Assembly: GCF_006345805.1 (NCBI RefSeq)
Contig: NC_043012.1
Coordinates: 36,270,001 to 36,334,000 of the forward strand
DNA length: 64,000 nt
Direction: 5' to 3'
Source of the DNA: Octopus sinensis
Lineage: Eukaryota
Part shown: positions 53,964-62,838 of the stretch, piece after piece
How the letters are laid out: every line of letters starts with the position of its first letter
How positions within the stretch are numbered: the stretch's first letter is position 1
Notes under the pieces: model-generated
The model's input: the letters and a program-made list of their open reading frames with translations, nothing else
Told to the model about the DNA's origin: nothing
Databases searched by the model: none
Position numbers and translations under genes: made by a program

Positions 53964-55570
53964 ATACAAATAAGAAAATGGAGAAACAAATTTGGTTTGT
54001 TCATCAACTTACGGATATTATAATGTTGGATTATTTATTCATTTTTCAAATGAGAACATCAAAAGTATACGAAACATTATATAAATCAATGGATAAGATA
54101 ATAATACAAATACAGATTTTAAAAGTCATATTATGAATTATTGAAATCCAGAAATTACTTACAGCTGTTTCAGCCTATGGTCAAAAGCGAATCTAATTTT
54201 CATTGCCTATAGATGTCAATGTACTAGAGTTGTAGGCATTTAAAAAATATAATACTTATATATACACATGGCAGGTTTATTTCAGTCTCCATCTGCTAAA
54301 TCCCCAAGGCTTTGGTTATCCCAAAGGCTATAGTAGAGGACACTTGCCCAATGTGCCATGCCACTGAACCCAGAACCATGTGGTTGGGAAGCTAACTTCT
54401 TACCACACAGCCATGCCTGTGCCTATCCACACAGATCCTTTAAAATTGGTGTATCTTCAGAGGGTCATTATGCCAATAATAAACACACACACTGGTTCTA
54501 TTTCACTTCTTTGCTTTTATTAGTCAATTGATTAACTATTTAAGCAATTAACTAATAAATTATTTGATTAATCAATAGATCAATCAGTCAATCAGGTACT
54601 CCTTCCATCACTATTTGCAATTCTAACTTACCTCACTGATTGATTGATTGATTGATTGACCAAACGATTAATGAAGCAGTCGATTAGTTAATTGGTTAAC
54701 GAATTCATAAATGAAAAATAAAGAAGCAAAATATAATCAGTGCATGTGTTTATTATTGGCATAATGGCCCTCCCAAGATAGAGCAAAACAGGTTCCAGCA
54801 CACGAGTTCAAATCTGAAATCTTACAAAACAATTATGAAAACAAAATACTTTAAATTTCGTTTTCGGATTTGGTTTGCAAGATTCTTTATGTGAGTTCGT
54901 GTGTTGAAGCATATTCCATTGTGTCTGGGGAGAGTCATTTTCTTTTTGTGCCTTATAATGTAACACACTCACCGGTAAAATTTCCACTTTTTTCTTATTT
55001 TCATTTTCCTAAAACTTTTGTTGCGCTTTGCAACCTTTTCAATATATTCTTGACTTTTCAAGAGTCAATACTATTGAAAAGGTTGCAAGACGCAACGAAA
55101 ATTTTAGGACAATAAAAATAAGGAAAAAAGTGAAAATTTTACCGGTGAGTGTGTTACATTATAAGGCACAAAAAGAAAATGACTCTCCCCAGACACAACA
55201 GAAAATACTTTAAAATTGAGTTTCATTTCCTAATTTCCACAGAACTGCATATGGGGGGGGGTGCAGTATGTGTTTGTGAAATGTCTGTGGAATGTGTGTG
55301 TGTGAAATGTGTATAATGGAATGTATATGAAATTTGCATTTGAATGGGTATGTGGGGGGGGGGCTATGCATTTGTAAAATGCATGTGTGTGTGTGTGTGT
55401 GTGTGTGTACAATGTATGTCTGACAAAATGTCTGTTTCCCCAATTCTCGTTTGAAATCTGTTTTTGCATCTTTGAAGGTGTTCTTCTGTTACCACACCAA
55501 GAAGATTGACTACAGTGCATTCAAAGGTGAAGTGTCTTCGTTTCATTCCATTCACTTTAGACCTTGTTGG

Positions 55571-55601
<31 letters not shown>

Positions 55602-57204
55602 GGTTGACCTCCTGTATTTGTGTTTTTGTTATTTTGTCTTGTTATTGTTTGACCCCCTAACCCCCACCCCCTCCACCAAGTACCCCCTAAAGCAAAGCAC
55701 TTTTTGATCAAAAGCATTCCAGCTGTATATAGGACTACATTATCTAATGTGTCCTTCATGCGGGGTTGTAATCCAAAGTAAATTTGGTTGCTATTTCTAA
55801 CAGTTTGATTGACCACATAGAGGCTTGCTTGGTGTCCCTAATGCATTTTGTGTTTTGTGTCTTTGTTGTTGTTATTTGACATGTGTTCAGCCCTGTTTGA
55901 GCAGATTTACTGTCATAGACAATCCATCCATGACCTTCCTGTATTATTCCTATGTGCAAGGAACCTGGACTCTATCATCCAATGTGTATTTTTCTAAGAT
56001 GACTAGGTGTGATTTGAGGAAGATTTTCCATCACTGGAATGGTTCCAAAAAATCTTCTGGAAGACCTTGGACATTGGCAAGCCACACAGAGTAAGAACAA
56101 ACATTGGAACCGTATTGCCAGAGTCTGAGAAAATGGGTAGAGCAAGTGAGTTTTGAGATGGGAATTTCAAAATCAAGCTTCTATCACATTTGGAAAAGAT
56201 ACATTCCAAGAATAGTTTGTGCTCTCAAGGAAGACAGTCCAGACCAAAAAATAGAGTTAGGAAATCATTCTTGGCAAGATGTGTAGAAGATGTCTGCTTT
56301 CCAACAAAGATTCTTTGGAATGGTGAAGCTACATTTAAATCAAATGGCTCGTTTAATTGCCACAGCTGCATAAAACTGGGGAGCTGAGATTCGGCTTATT
56401 AAAGAGGTACAAATTGTTAATTTGCCAGGGGTAACATTTATGGTTTGGCTTATCAAAAGAATCAGTCAGACCTTTCTTTTTTGTTTATGGTACTCTGGCT
56501 GATCCCACTTACTTGAATTTGCTGTTGCAATCTATCGTGCCAAGCATCGAAGAGGATATTAATAATGTTAGTTCCTACATTGATGAGATTTTGCCAAACA
56601 GGCCGATTGGAAGAAGAGATTCAGACTTCATATTATTAGGATTTTTTTTTTTATGGGAATACTTAAAAGATAAATGTTTATTGTACAAAAGCAACAACAG
56701 CTGACAAATTGAGGATGACCATTGAACAAGAATGTGTACAAACACTGGCCAAAATGATTCTTGATGTTTGTGATTCTGTTGCTTGACATTATCAGAAGTG
56801 TCTGAACCAGAATGGTCATCAGTTTGAAAACAAGCATTCCTAAAAAAAAAATTAAATTCTCTCTTTAGATTCAATGAAATTTTGGAAATGAAAAGCATTT
56901 TGATAGACACTGACTTTATAATCATTCAAAATGTGTCTACATTTTCTGTTGAGGAATGGGCAATACCCTATATATGTAAATAGGGGTTGGTGAAGCTACT
57001 GATTTGTGAATCACACCTTTAAGTGATCCCCAACATCATTATAGATAGGTCTGTTGGCACAATGTAGACCTGGGGTTAAACATCATTTTTTTTTTTATCA
57101 CCACCACCCTCACCACCAACATCAATTTGTAACCTGGTCTGTCTGTCTCTCTCACTCTCTTTTTTTCTTTTTCAGTCTCTCTGCTATCTCTGTGCAACTG
57201 CCAG

Positions 57205-57269
<65 letters not shown>

Positions 57270-57295
57270 TCTGTTTCTCTATCTCTCATTTTACT

Positions 57296-57326
<31 letters not shown>

Positions 57327-57543
57327 CTCTATCTCTCATTTTACTTCTCTCTCTCTCTCTCTCCTCAGCCATAAATGATGCCTGTCTCATCGTGGATCAT
57401 AGAATCGTTATCAACAATGATTTCCACACTGTTGATCCTAACATCTGGGCAGCTGGCACCTTCACCAAATACCAACGGGTTTTATATTCTGACAACTGGG
57501 TACATAGCAAGTTTAGCTCAAAGGAAATAGGTTGTACTGTGAG

Positions 57544-57598
<55 letters not shown>

Positions 57599-60500
57599 CA
57601 GTGCCTCAGTAAGTATCCATAGGCACGAGGCACACTTTTGTCATTAAATGAGAGTCCCTTGTACTACATGCCATGAAAACAACAGCAGTAATGGTAATGG
57701 TAATGATGATGATGTGGATTTTTTTTCAAGATGTTTAGGCCAAGAACACAAGACTCCCCACCCCTCCACACTGTTGATCCTAATATCTGGGCAGCTGGCA
57801 CCTTCACCAAATACCTTCTTCTAAATGAGTCACCAATCTTTCAAAAGATTGATCCTCAGTGTAGCACTGGTACTCACTTCCAGCTGAGTGTACTAGAGCA
57901 GTATGAAATGGATTGCCTTGCTCAAGGAAGCTACCGGGTCCAAGAGTTGAAACCATAACCTAATAGTTGTGAGCTCAATGCTCTAACCACCTGGCCATAT
58001 GCCTTCACACATGCCTTGTGACCACACACACGGCGTAGTTTAGCGTTAGTATGTTTGAATAAAAGTTTGGCAATAGAAGTTTGTAACATAGTAGTGTACT
58101 GAGCCCCGCCCAGCAAAGGATGACTTTTGCTTAATTAAGTGTGCCAAAAGAGTGTCAATAGGGTGAATAGGGGTGCAAAAAAGTGATGATGCATGCCTTG
58201 TTGTCTCTACCCCCTAAGTAACACCATACACAGCAACTAAGGCATGGGTATGGTTAACGGAGAAGCTATTGCAAGCAGTAATAGGGCTTCAAAAGCTTTG
58301 ACGTGATTTTTTACAATGAACCACCGCTATGGCCCTCGACTAAGAACGCCTATTGCTCAATGTTACGCATTGGAACTTGCAAAAAGTATGGAACATGGGG
58401 TCTTTTGTTGTCTTTCTTCAAAGTAAAAAGTGTAACGATGGAATGGCTAAACGTTTGGCTACTGGCTTTTTTTTAAGGTAGCATCACATTGAATCCTGGC
58501 AAAGAAAGGGTAAGTGCTTCATTTATTGAGCCAAAAAATGTGTCAAAAGGGAGGCTAGAGGTGCAAAACATGTTGGTGCATGAGCCTTTCTGCTCTTTTT
58601 CCCCCAAAATAACACATTAAGGTGTAAAACGGAGCAATTAAGGCATGAAAAAAGTTCAGCAACACAGCAACAAGGTCACTTTATGTGTATGTCCCCAATC
58701 ATGCGTGCAGGTCACGGGGGTGATTTCTTCGCCATGGCCTAGCTCTGACCTTGTGGAGTATATGTATAAAATTCGAGGTCAATCGGACATTGAATGTGGA
58801 TTTCTATAACACATACACAGACACACACACAAACTCAATTTTATATAGATATATATATATATATATATATATATGTTTGTGTGTCTGTGCTTGTCCCTCT
58901 CCTACCATTACTTGACAACCGATATTGGTGTATTTACATCCCCATAACTGAGCAGTTTGGCAAAAGAGACCGATGGAATAAGTACTAGGCTGCTTACAAA
59001 GAATAAGTCCTGGGGTTGATTTGTTCGACTAAATGCAGTCCTCCAGCATGGCCACAGTCAAATGACTGAAACAAGTTAAAGTAGAAAAGCATAATGAGTC
59101 AGAAGAAATATTGCTGGACGTATTGTCCACCTCACTGCCTTTGGCCCCTCATTAATTATGACATCGTTTATTTCTACCAATTCTGGGTTACTCTCTTTTA
59201 CTCTTTTACTTGTTTCAGTCATTTGACTGCGGCCATGCTGGAGCACCGCCTTTAGTCGAGCAAATCGACCCCGGGACTTATTCTTTGTAAGCCCTGTACT
59301 TATTTTATCAGTCTCTTTTGCCGAACCGCTAAGTGACGGGGACATAAACACACCAGCATCGGTTGTCAAGCAATGCTAGGGGGACAAACACAAACACAAA
59401 AACATACACGCACACACACACATATATATATTCATATATACGACGGACTTCTTTCAGTTTCCGTCTACCAAATCCACTCACAAGGCATTGGTCGGCCCGG
59501 GGCTATAGCAGAAGACACTTGCCCAAGATGCCACGCAGTGGGACTGAACCCGGAACCATGTGGTTGGTTAGCAAGCTACTTACCACACAGCCACTCCTTT
59601 TTTTTAATCATTGTTGTTGTTGTTGTTGTCTTCCACAGCTGGCCAACAAAATTCTGAAGATCTTCAATCCAGTTATGCATGAGAATGAAACTAAAAACCT
59701 AGAAGAAGATGCAGAATTAGTTATGGCATACACCGAACCCAGAATCAGCAGCGCCTTGCTACCAGGTCAATAAATTAATTAATTAATTAATTAAAAATCT
59801 TTTGATTAGGATTTAACTGGTGTTGCTGTTGCTGTTGAATTCTACTTATGTATGTGTTTGTCTGGGATGTTGAGTGTGTTGTATTGTGGTGGTGGTAGCA
59901 GTGGGAGAGGCGTCGGCAATGGCAGAGGCGGCAGAGGTGGTGGCAAATCAGAGGCGGAGGCAGCGGCAGAGGCGGTGGCAAATCAGAGGCGGAGGCAGAG
60001 GCAGAGGTGGGGGCGAAGGTGGCAAATCAGAGGCGGAGGCGGCAGTGGCAGAGGCAGAGGTGGGGGCGAAGGTGGCAAATCAGAGGCAGAGGCGGCAGTG
60101 GCAGAGGCAGAGGTGGAGGTGGCAGAGGCCGAGGTGGCGGTGACAGAGGCAGAGGCGGAGGCGGTGGTGGTGGTGTGATTGTATTGTTTATGTGGTCTTC
60201 AGGTTGTTGAAGTCCTGGTGTTGTGAAGTCATGGCTGATATTGTGAGGCTATGATGGTTGTGAAGTTTCTGTAATTGTGAGATCGTTGGTGGATGTATCT
60301 GTTATTAGGTGTATACTCGTATTTAGTCAACGCCAAATTAATTATTAAAGAAGACAACTGTAATCACCAATACTAATTAAGCATTGTAATTAATTAATCC
60401 TCAGGTGGTTTCCATTACTTAAATGTGAGCAAACCTGCTGTCATTAACGAATTCTATGACTCAACCGTACAAACTGTGAGTTGATTTCTTGTTTAATTAT

Positions 60501-62838
60501 TCTTTTTATTAATGTATGTAATTAAATTATTTTAAAGCCAGGAATGACTGTAAGTTATGGCGATTATCTCTGTGAACCATTTTATACAATTCTGGCAGAC
60601 ATTAAGAAACCATTCCTAATCAAAACCATTCTCTCTACAAGGCAGACTAAGCAGAGTGTTTATTACATTTTCCTTTTATTTACCATTTGTTTGTCATTTC
60701 ATTATCTCTCTGGCAGAAGATAATCACACGGATATCTGCTCTTATTAATCCAAGACAAATTAACAATGTTTCTACACCCTGTCACCCTCCAACTCTCCAT
60801 GTTTCCCAAATTATACACTAAAAACCATTTGTTGAGCCAGCAACACTGCAGCACTCCACGTCCCCTATATCAGGCAGTCCCCAACCTTTTTTTTGCAGCA
60901 TGATGGTTCCACAAATCAAGGGATCACACACACATAACAAAACACAATGAAATGCATAATATACAAGGTGGTATCAAAAAGTTCCCAGACTCATTCTGTA
61001 GCACACCAACAGATGGCAGCACATGGGTGTGTGTGCCGTGAGAGCTTACAATAACCTTCATGCGGCAGTGTGCCAAATGGCATCACAGTGTTTACTTTGC
61101 AAGTTGTGAGATTTGTGTTGTTCTGGTCACGTGTGTCTGCTGCAGTCTGCGATTTTGTCATGGACTGGAACAAAGAGCCAATGTGAAATTTTGCGTTAAA
61201 TTTGGGAAGTCTGCTACACAGACATTGAGCATGCTTCAGCAAACTTACAGCAAATAGGCAGTGGGTTGTATGCAGTGTTTCGAGTGGCATGGGTGCTTCA
61301 AAAGTGGAAGAATGTCCCTGGAAGATGACGAGCGACCTGGAAGACACCCCCTCCCCCACGAGTGTCACCCCTGGAAATGTGGAGTAAATTGATCAGATTG
61401 TGCATGAGGATCATCGGAGGAGAATCACAAACATTTTGAAGTATTTGAGGGTGGACCATTGGCAAAAGGGGTCAAATCTGTGGAGCACGAGGACTTAGAT
61501 CCTTCACAATGACAATGCTCCCTGTCACCGAGTTCTCCTCACTCATGTGTTTCTCACCCAGAACAACATGCCATTGCTTCCACATCCACCCCATTCACCA
61601 GATTTATCTCCTGCAGGCTTCCATCTCTTCCCCAAGATGAAAATGCAGCTCAAGTGTTGTCGTTTTGACACTGTTGTCGAGATCCAGAGTGAATCGCAGG
61701 AAGTCCTCAATCTGCTTATGGAAAAAAGACTTCCAGGCCAGATTCCAAAATGACAAGAACACTGGAGCCAGTGTATCACTGTGTGAAGTGACTATTTTGA
61801 AGGAGATTATGTTAAAACTTGGCCTTCGGGCTGAAACATTTTTAAGGATTTAAGGATTTAAGTTATTTTTTATTAAACTTAACTTGTTCAGGAACTTTTT
61901 GATCCTGCCTCGTGTGTATTAATCATTCTGGACATTAAAATAAAGATGGAGAATTGTACATCTACAAAGCTTATTTATTAGTCATATATATTTCTTTACT
62001 ACCCACAAGGGGCTAAACATAGAGGGGACAAACAAGGACAGACAAATAGATTAAGTCGATTACATTGACCCCAGTGCATAACTGGTACTTAATTTATCGA
62101 CCCCGAAAGGATGAAAGGCAAAGTCGGCCTTGGCGGAATTTGAACTCAGAACATAGAGACAGACGAAATACCGCTAAGCATTTCGCCCAACGTGCTAACG
62201 ATTCTGCCAGCTCACCACCCTTTATTTATTACAGTCATATATATATATATACAATACATTCTCTTTAAACCATTATCTGACATGTGTTTCTACTGCATAG
62301 ACATCCTAGGATGTGGCACCCAATAGTGTCCTGTTGGCTCAGTTGCATTATGACTTCATCCAAGATAAACATATCCATGCAGCTTTATTCAAGGTGTTCC
62401 TGTCACAAGTCTTTGAAGCAAACTGAATTAGAAGGAATGTTGATTGTAATTAATTATTACAAACATAATGCAGAAACACCTGGAAGACTGTGGATAGCCA
62501 AGAAAATAGAAATAAAACCTTAAAAGCTATTCTTTCTGTGCATCCTGGTGCCATTTATGTGTGGTCTGGAACGGGTCCGCATTCCTGTTGGTTGGTGCCC
62601 CCTGTTCTGTGTTACACCATTATAATGTCCTTGTGAAGTGACATGCTACCTACTTTTATCTTGCAAAACACTAACATAAATGTAAATCTTGTTCTGTCTC
62701 GGCTGATGATGAAGTTTATTTGTTTTGTTACAGGGTTATGTTTTAAAAACTGGCAAGCCCACAGACCCTTGCGGCTATTTCGAAGTTTTCCTCAACCGGT
62801 ATAAACAAGTTGAAACCATCATTTGTCTTAGAAAGGAA
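19820..62838 (+). CDS. CFAP61: Cilia- and flagella-associated protein 61 (C20orf26), 25 coding exons, 3156 nt / 1052 codons in window, 3'-incomplete
   Basis: A continuous spliced frame with consistent phases. It carries recalled CFAP61 motifs: [124 protein letters not shown]. Confidence 0.95.
20124..20416 (+). CDS. CFAP61: CFAP61 coding exon 2
   Basis: tag|A...G|gtgag; [10 protein letters not shown]...[11 protein letters not shown]...PENVSL. Confidence 0.93.
21046..21172 (+). CDS. CFAP61: CFAP61 coding exon 3
   Basis: tatag|AT...AG|gtaat; [10 protein letters not shown]...PMLHIRNAR; acceptor chosen by phase. Confidence 0.82.
22076..22208 (+). CDS. CFAP61: CFAP61 coding exon 4
   Basis: ttcag|G...GAG|gtaag; [11 protein letters not shown]...[18 protein letters not shown]. 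Confidence 0.93.
22270..22544. mobile_element. hAT-type MITE
   Basis: TIRs cagggcttcccaaa / tttgggaaccactg; flanking 8-mers TACTACAG / TACTATAG (7/8 match) fit an hAT TSD. Confidence 0.75.
22921..23525 (-). mobile_element. CR1-type LINE 3' fragment (degraded)
   Basis: Homologous to 42722-43300, with frameshifts. Confidence 0.85.
24996..25146 (+). CDS. CFAP61: CFAP61 coding exon 5
   Basis: cacag|GTT; [29 protein letters not shown]...; exact donor ambiguous (several in-phase GTs). Confidence 0.8.
25778..25926 (+). CDS. CFAP61: CFAP61 coding exon 6 (poorly conserved linker)
   Basis: aaag|GT...GAG|gtgag; open frame, and phases fit the neighbouring exons. Confidence 0.7.
27909..27950 (-). ncRNA. 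Hammerhead-ribozyme-like fold (minimal type I, U4>C core variant)
   Basis: Minus strand: GUAC-CCGAAGA-GACCC(agaac)GGGUC-GAA-ACA(ug)UGU-C-GUAC. Confidence 0.5.
28277..28386 (+). CDS. CFAP61: CFAP61 coding exon 7
   Basis: ttcag|GAT...AG|gtttg; [18 protein letters not shown]. Confidence 0.9.
29864..30054. repeat. ~190-bp near-perfect palindrome
   Basis: Arms atatagttgaagttcatagaaagacaaaagac... / ...gtcttttgtctttctatgaacttcaactatat, ~93 bp each, tiny loop. Confidence 0.9.
30055..30442 (-). mobile_element. CR1-type LINE 3' end with (ATT)n tail
   Basis: Homologous to 42722-43082. Confidence 0.88.
30885..31123. repeat. Tandem duplication, 2 x ~120 bp
   Basis: ggagtggaaccga.ggaggtggctttgtgccagg...ggctaccccagtc repeated at 30885 and 31005. 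Confidence 0.9.
31419..31527 (+). CDS. CFAP61: CFAP61 coding exon 8
   Basis: ctag|G...GTG|gtaag; [32 protein letters not shown]. Confidence 0.92.
31862..32386. mobile_element. Tc1/pogo-Tigger-type MITE
   Basis: Perfect TIR taccgtaaatcctcgagtata / tatactcgaggatttacggta, with TA ends. Confidence 0.85.
32550..32620 (+). CDS. CFAP61: CFAP61 coding exon 9
   Basis: atcag|AGA...AA|gtaag; [23 protein letters not shown]. Confidence 0.92.
34349..34475 (+). CDS. CFAP61: CFAP61 coding exon 10
   Basis: tgcag|G...AAA|gtaag; [11 protein letters not shown]...[15 protein letters not shown]. Confidence 0.9.
35248..35325 (+). CDS. CFAP61: CFAP61 coding exon 11
   Basis: tatag|GAC...GAG|gtgag; [26 protein letters not shown]. 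Confidence 0.92.
35496..35633 (+). CDS. CFAP61: CFAP61 coding exon 12
   Basis: tgcag|GAT...AGG|gttgt; [20 protein letters not shown]. Confidence 0.93.
36392..36460 (+). CDS. CFAP61: CFAP61 coding exon 13
   Basis: tacag|GAA...AAT|gtaag; [17 protein letters not shown]. Confidence 0.92.
37738..37914 (+). CDS. CFAP61: CFAP61 coding exon 14
   Basis: tgcag|TTT...AAG|gtttg; [20 protein letters not shown]...NRKLALEPK. Confidence 0.93.
38425..38668 (+). mobile_element. tRNA-headed element with (AAT)n linker and hammerhead-containing tail
   Basis: A-box TGGCGTAGTGG (38432-38442), B-box-like GAGTTCGATT (38475-38484), CTGATGA...GAAAC core downstream. Confidence 0.6.
38569..38614 (+). ncRNA. Minimal type I hammerhead-ribozyme-like motif (Penelope-type)
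   Basis: GACAC-CUGAUGA-a-GGCUGG(agggUaUa)UCAGCU-GAA-ACGU-U-GUGUU: stem I 5 bp, stem II 6 bp with wobbles, palindromic ACGU stem III. Confidence 0.6.
39486..39935 (-). mobile_element. RTE-type LINE 3' fragment
   Basis: [34 protein letters not shown]...[11 protein letters not shown]...DREVW, ending in a (GAT)n tail. Confidence 0.85.
40584..40660 (+). CDS. CFAP61: CFAP61 coding exon 15 (Rossmann-like GASxxG)
   Basis: ttcag|ATG...TG|gtatg; [25 protein letters not shown]. Confidence 0.93.
41040..41535 (+). mobile_element. SINE family C with internal ~60-bp tandem module and (GAT)n tail. Other copies: ~1350-1560(-), 3950-4190, 8900-9180, 26830-27100, 28760-29155, 46482-46850(-), 63530-63819
   Basis: Shared body acactc..gagtggttggcgttaggaagggcatccagctgtagaaac...ccatgccagcatggaaagcggacgttaaacgatgatg. 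Confidence 0.85.
41717..41815 (+). CDS. CFAP61: CFAP61 coding exon 16
   Basis: tgcag|T...AA|gtaat; [17 protein letters not shown]. Confidence 0.92.
41908..42152. repeat. Degenerate 21-bp minisatellite carrying CATAGCAAC
   Basis: Unit ~tttaccatcaccatagcaaca; AAC ends at 41913, 41934, 41955, 41976, 41997, 42018, 42039, 42060. Confidence 0.85.
42463..42657. repeat. ~195-bp near-perfect palindrome
   Basis: ataatttagggtatctaagagataccgccac.ctggagatagcagccaaaacc... mirrored; centre acacc-a-ggtgt. Confidence 0.92.
42722..44400 (-). mobile_element. 5'-truncated CR1-clade LINE with near-intact reverse transcriptase
   Basis: ORFs 44386-43826 and 43780-42863 are in one frame, separated by a single TGA. 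Motifs: [56 protein letters not shown]. (ATT)n tail. Confidence 0.95.
44941..45087. repeat. 3 x 47-bp tandem repeat of a SINE-C internal segment
   Basis: agtggttgggggtcaggaagggcatccagccatagaaaccatgccaa at 44941, 44988, 45035. Confidence 0.9.
45372..45458 (+). CDS. CFAP61: CFAP61 coding exon 17
   Basis: ttcag|T...AG|gtaac; [18 protein letters not shown]. Confidence 0.9.
45717..45922 (+). CDS. CFAP61: CFAP61 coding exon 18
   Basis: ctcag|A...G|gtgag; [14 protein letters not shown]. Confidence 0.92.
46890..47280 (-). mobile_element. CR1-type LINE 3' end with (ATT)n tail
   Basis: Homologous to 42722-43083 and 30055-30442. Confidence 0.88.
49361..49940. repeat. Compound (GGT)n-(GGC)n trinucleotide tract, ~580 bp
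   Basis: Direct reading; occasional single-base slips. Confidence 0.95.
50005..50120 (+). CDS. CFAP61: CFAP61 coding exon 19
   Basis: ttcag|GT...GTG|gtaat; [26 protein letters not shown]. Confidence 0.92.
51102..51423. repeat. 97-bp tandem repeat, ~3.3 copies
   Basis: ttggcctac at 51104, 51201, 51298, 51395. Confidence 0.92.
51649..51819 (+). CDS. CFAP61: CFAP61 coding exon 20
   Basis: tgtag|GCT...GTT|gtgag; [25 protein letters not shown]...; diverged but phase-consistent. Confidence 0.8.
51849..53680. repeat. AT-rich satellite (gaatatatgaaat + (GT)n units) with ~327-bp higher-order repeat
   Basis: Short variable monomers; identical ORF-track peptides at 52616 and 52943 give a 327-bp period. 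Confidence 0.93.
54452..54780. mobile_element. MITE with long imperfect TIRs
   Basis: tatctt..gagggtcattatgccaataataaacac / gtgtttattattggcataatggccctc..aagata; internal (GATT)n; TA ends. Confidence 0.75.
55478..55526 (+). CDS. CFAP61: CFAP61 coding exon 21
   Basis: gaag|GTG...G|gtgaa; [16 protein letters not shown]. Confidence 0.85.
56060..56880 (+). mobile_element. Degraded Tc1/mariner-superfamily transposase remnant
   Basis: Fragments [14 protein letters not shown] (cf. SDEATFxLNG), [14 protein letters not shown] and [10 protein letters not shown], with many disablements. Confidence 0.55.
57369..57538 (+). CDS. CFAP61: CFAP61 coding exon 22
   Basis: ctcag|CC...ACT|gtgag; [34 protein letters not shown]...FSSKEIG. 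Confidence 0.93.
58098..58850 (+). mobile_element. Possible Helentron/HINE-like element
   Basis: Starts actgagccccgcccagc and ends acacacacacaaactcaattttatatagat; same terminal architecture as 4831-5216, different interior. Confidence 0.35.
59639..59765 (+). CDS. CFAP61: CFAP61 coding exon 23
   Basis: cacag|CTG...G|gtcaa; [11 protein letters not shown]...ALLPG. Confidence 0.88.
59898..60176. repeat. G-rich minisatellite (ggcagaggc / gtggcaaatcagaggc)
   Basis: Direct reading. Confidence 0.85.
60405..60475 (+). CDS. CFAP61: CFAP61 coding exon 24
   Basis: ctcag|GT...ACT|gtgag; [11 protein letters not shown]. Confidence 0.88.
60962..61915 (+). mobile_element. Internally deleted mariner transposon
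   Basis: TIRs tacaaggtggtatcaaaaagttcc / ggaactttttgatcctgcctcgtg. Transposase remnants [56 protein letters not shown]. Confidence 0.9.
62734..62838 (+). CDS. CFAP61: CFAP61 coding exon 25 (gene continues beyond window)
   Basis: tacag|GGT...GAA|gtaag; [32 protein letters not shown]. Confidence 0.9.

Noticed and set aside
54151-54180. Minus-strand GAAACAGCTGTA hammerhead half
   Set aside because: No CUGANGA core at a usable distance; probably a decayed Penelope-type end.
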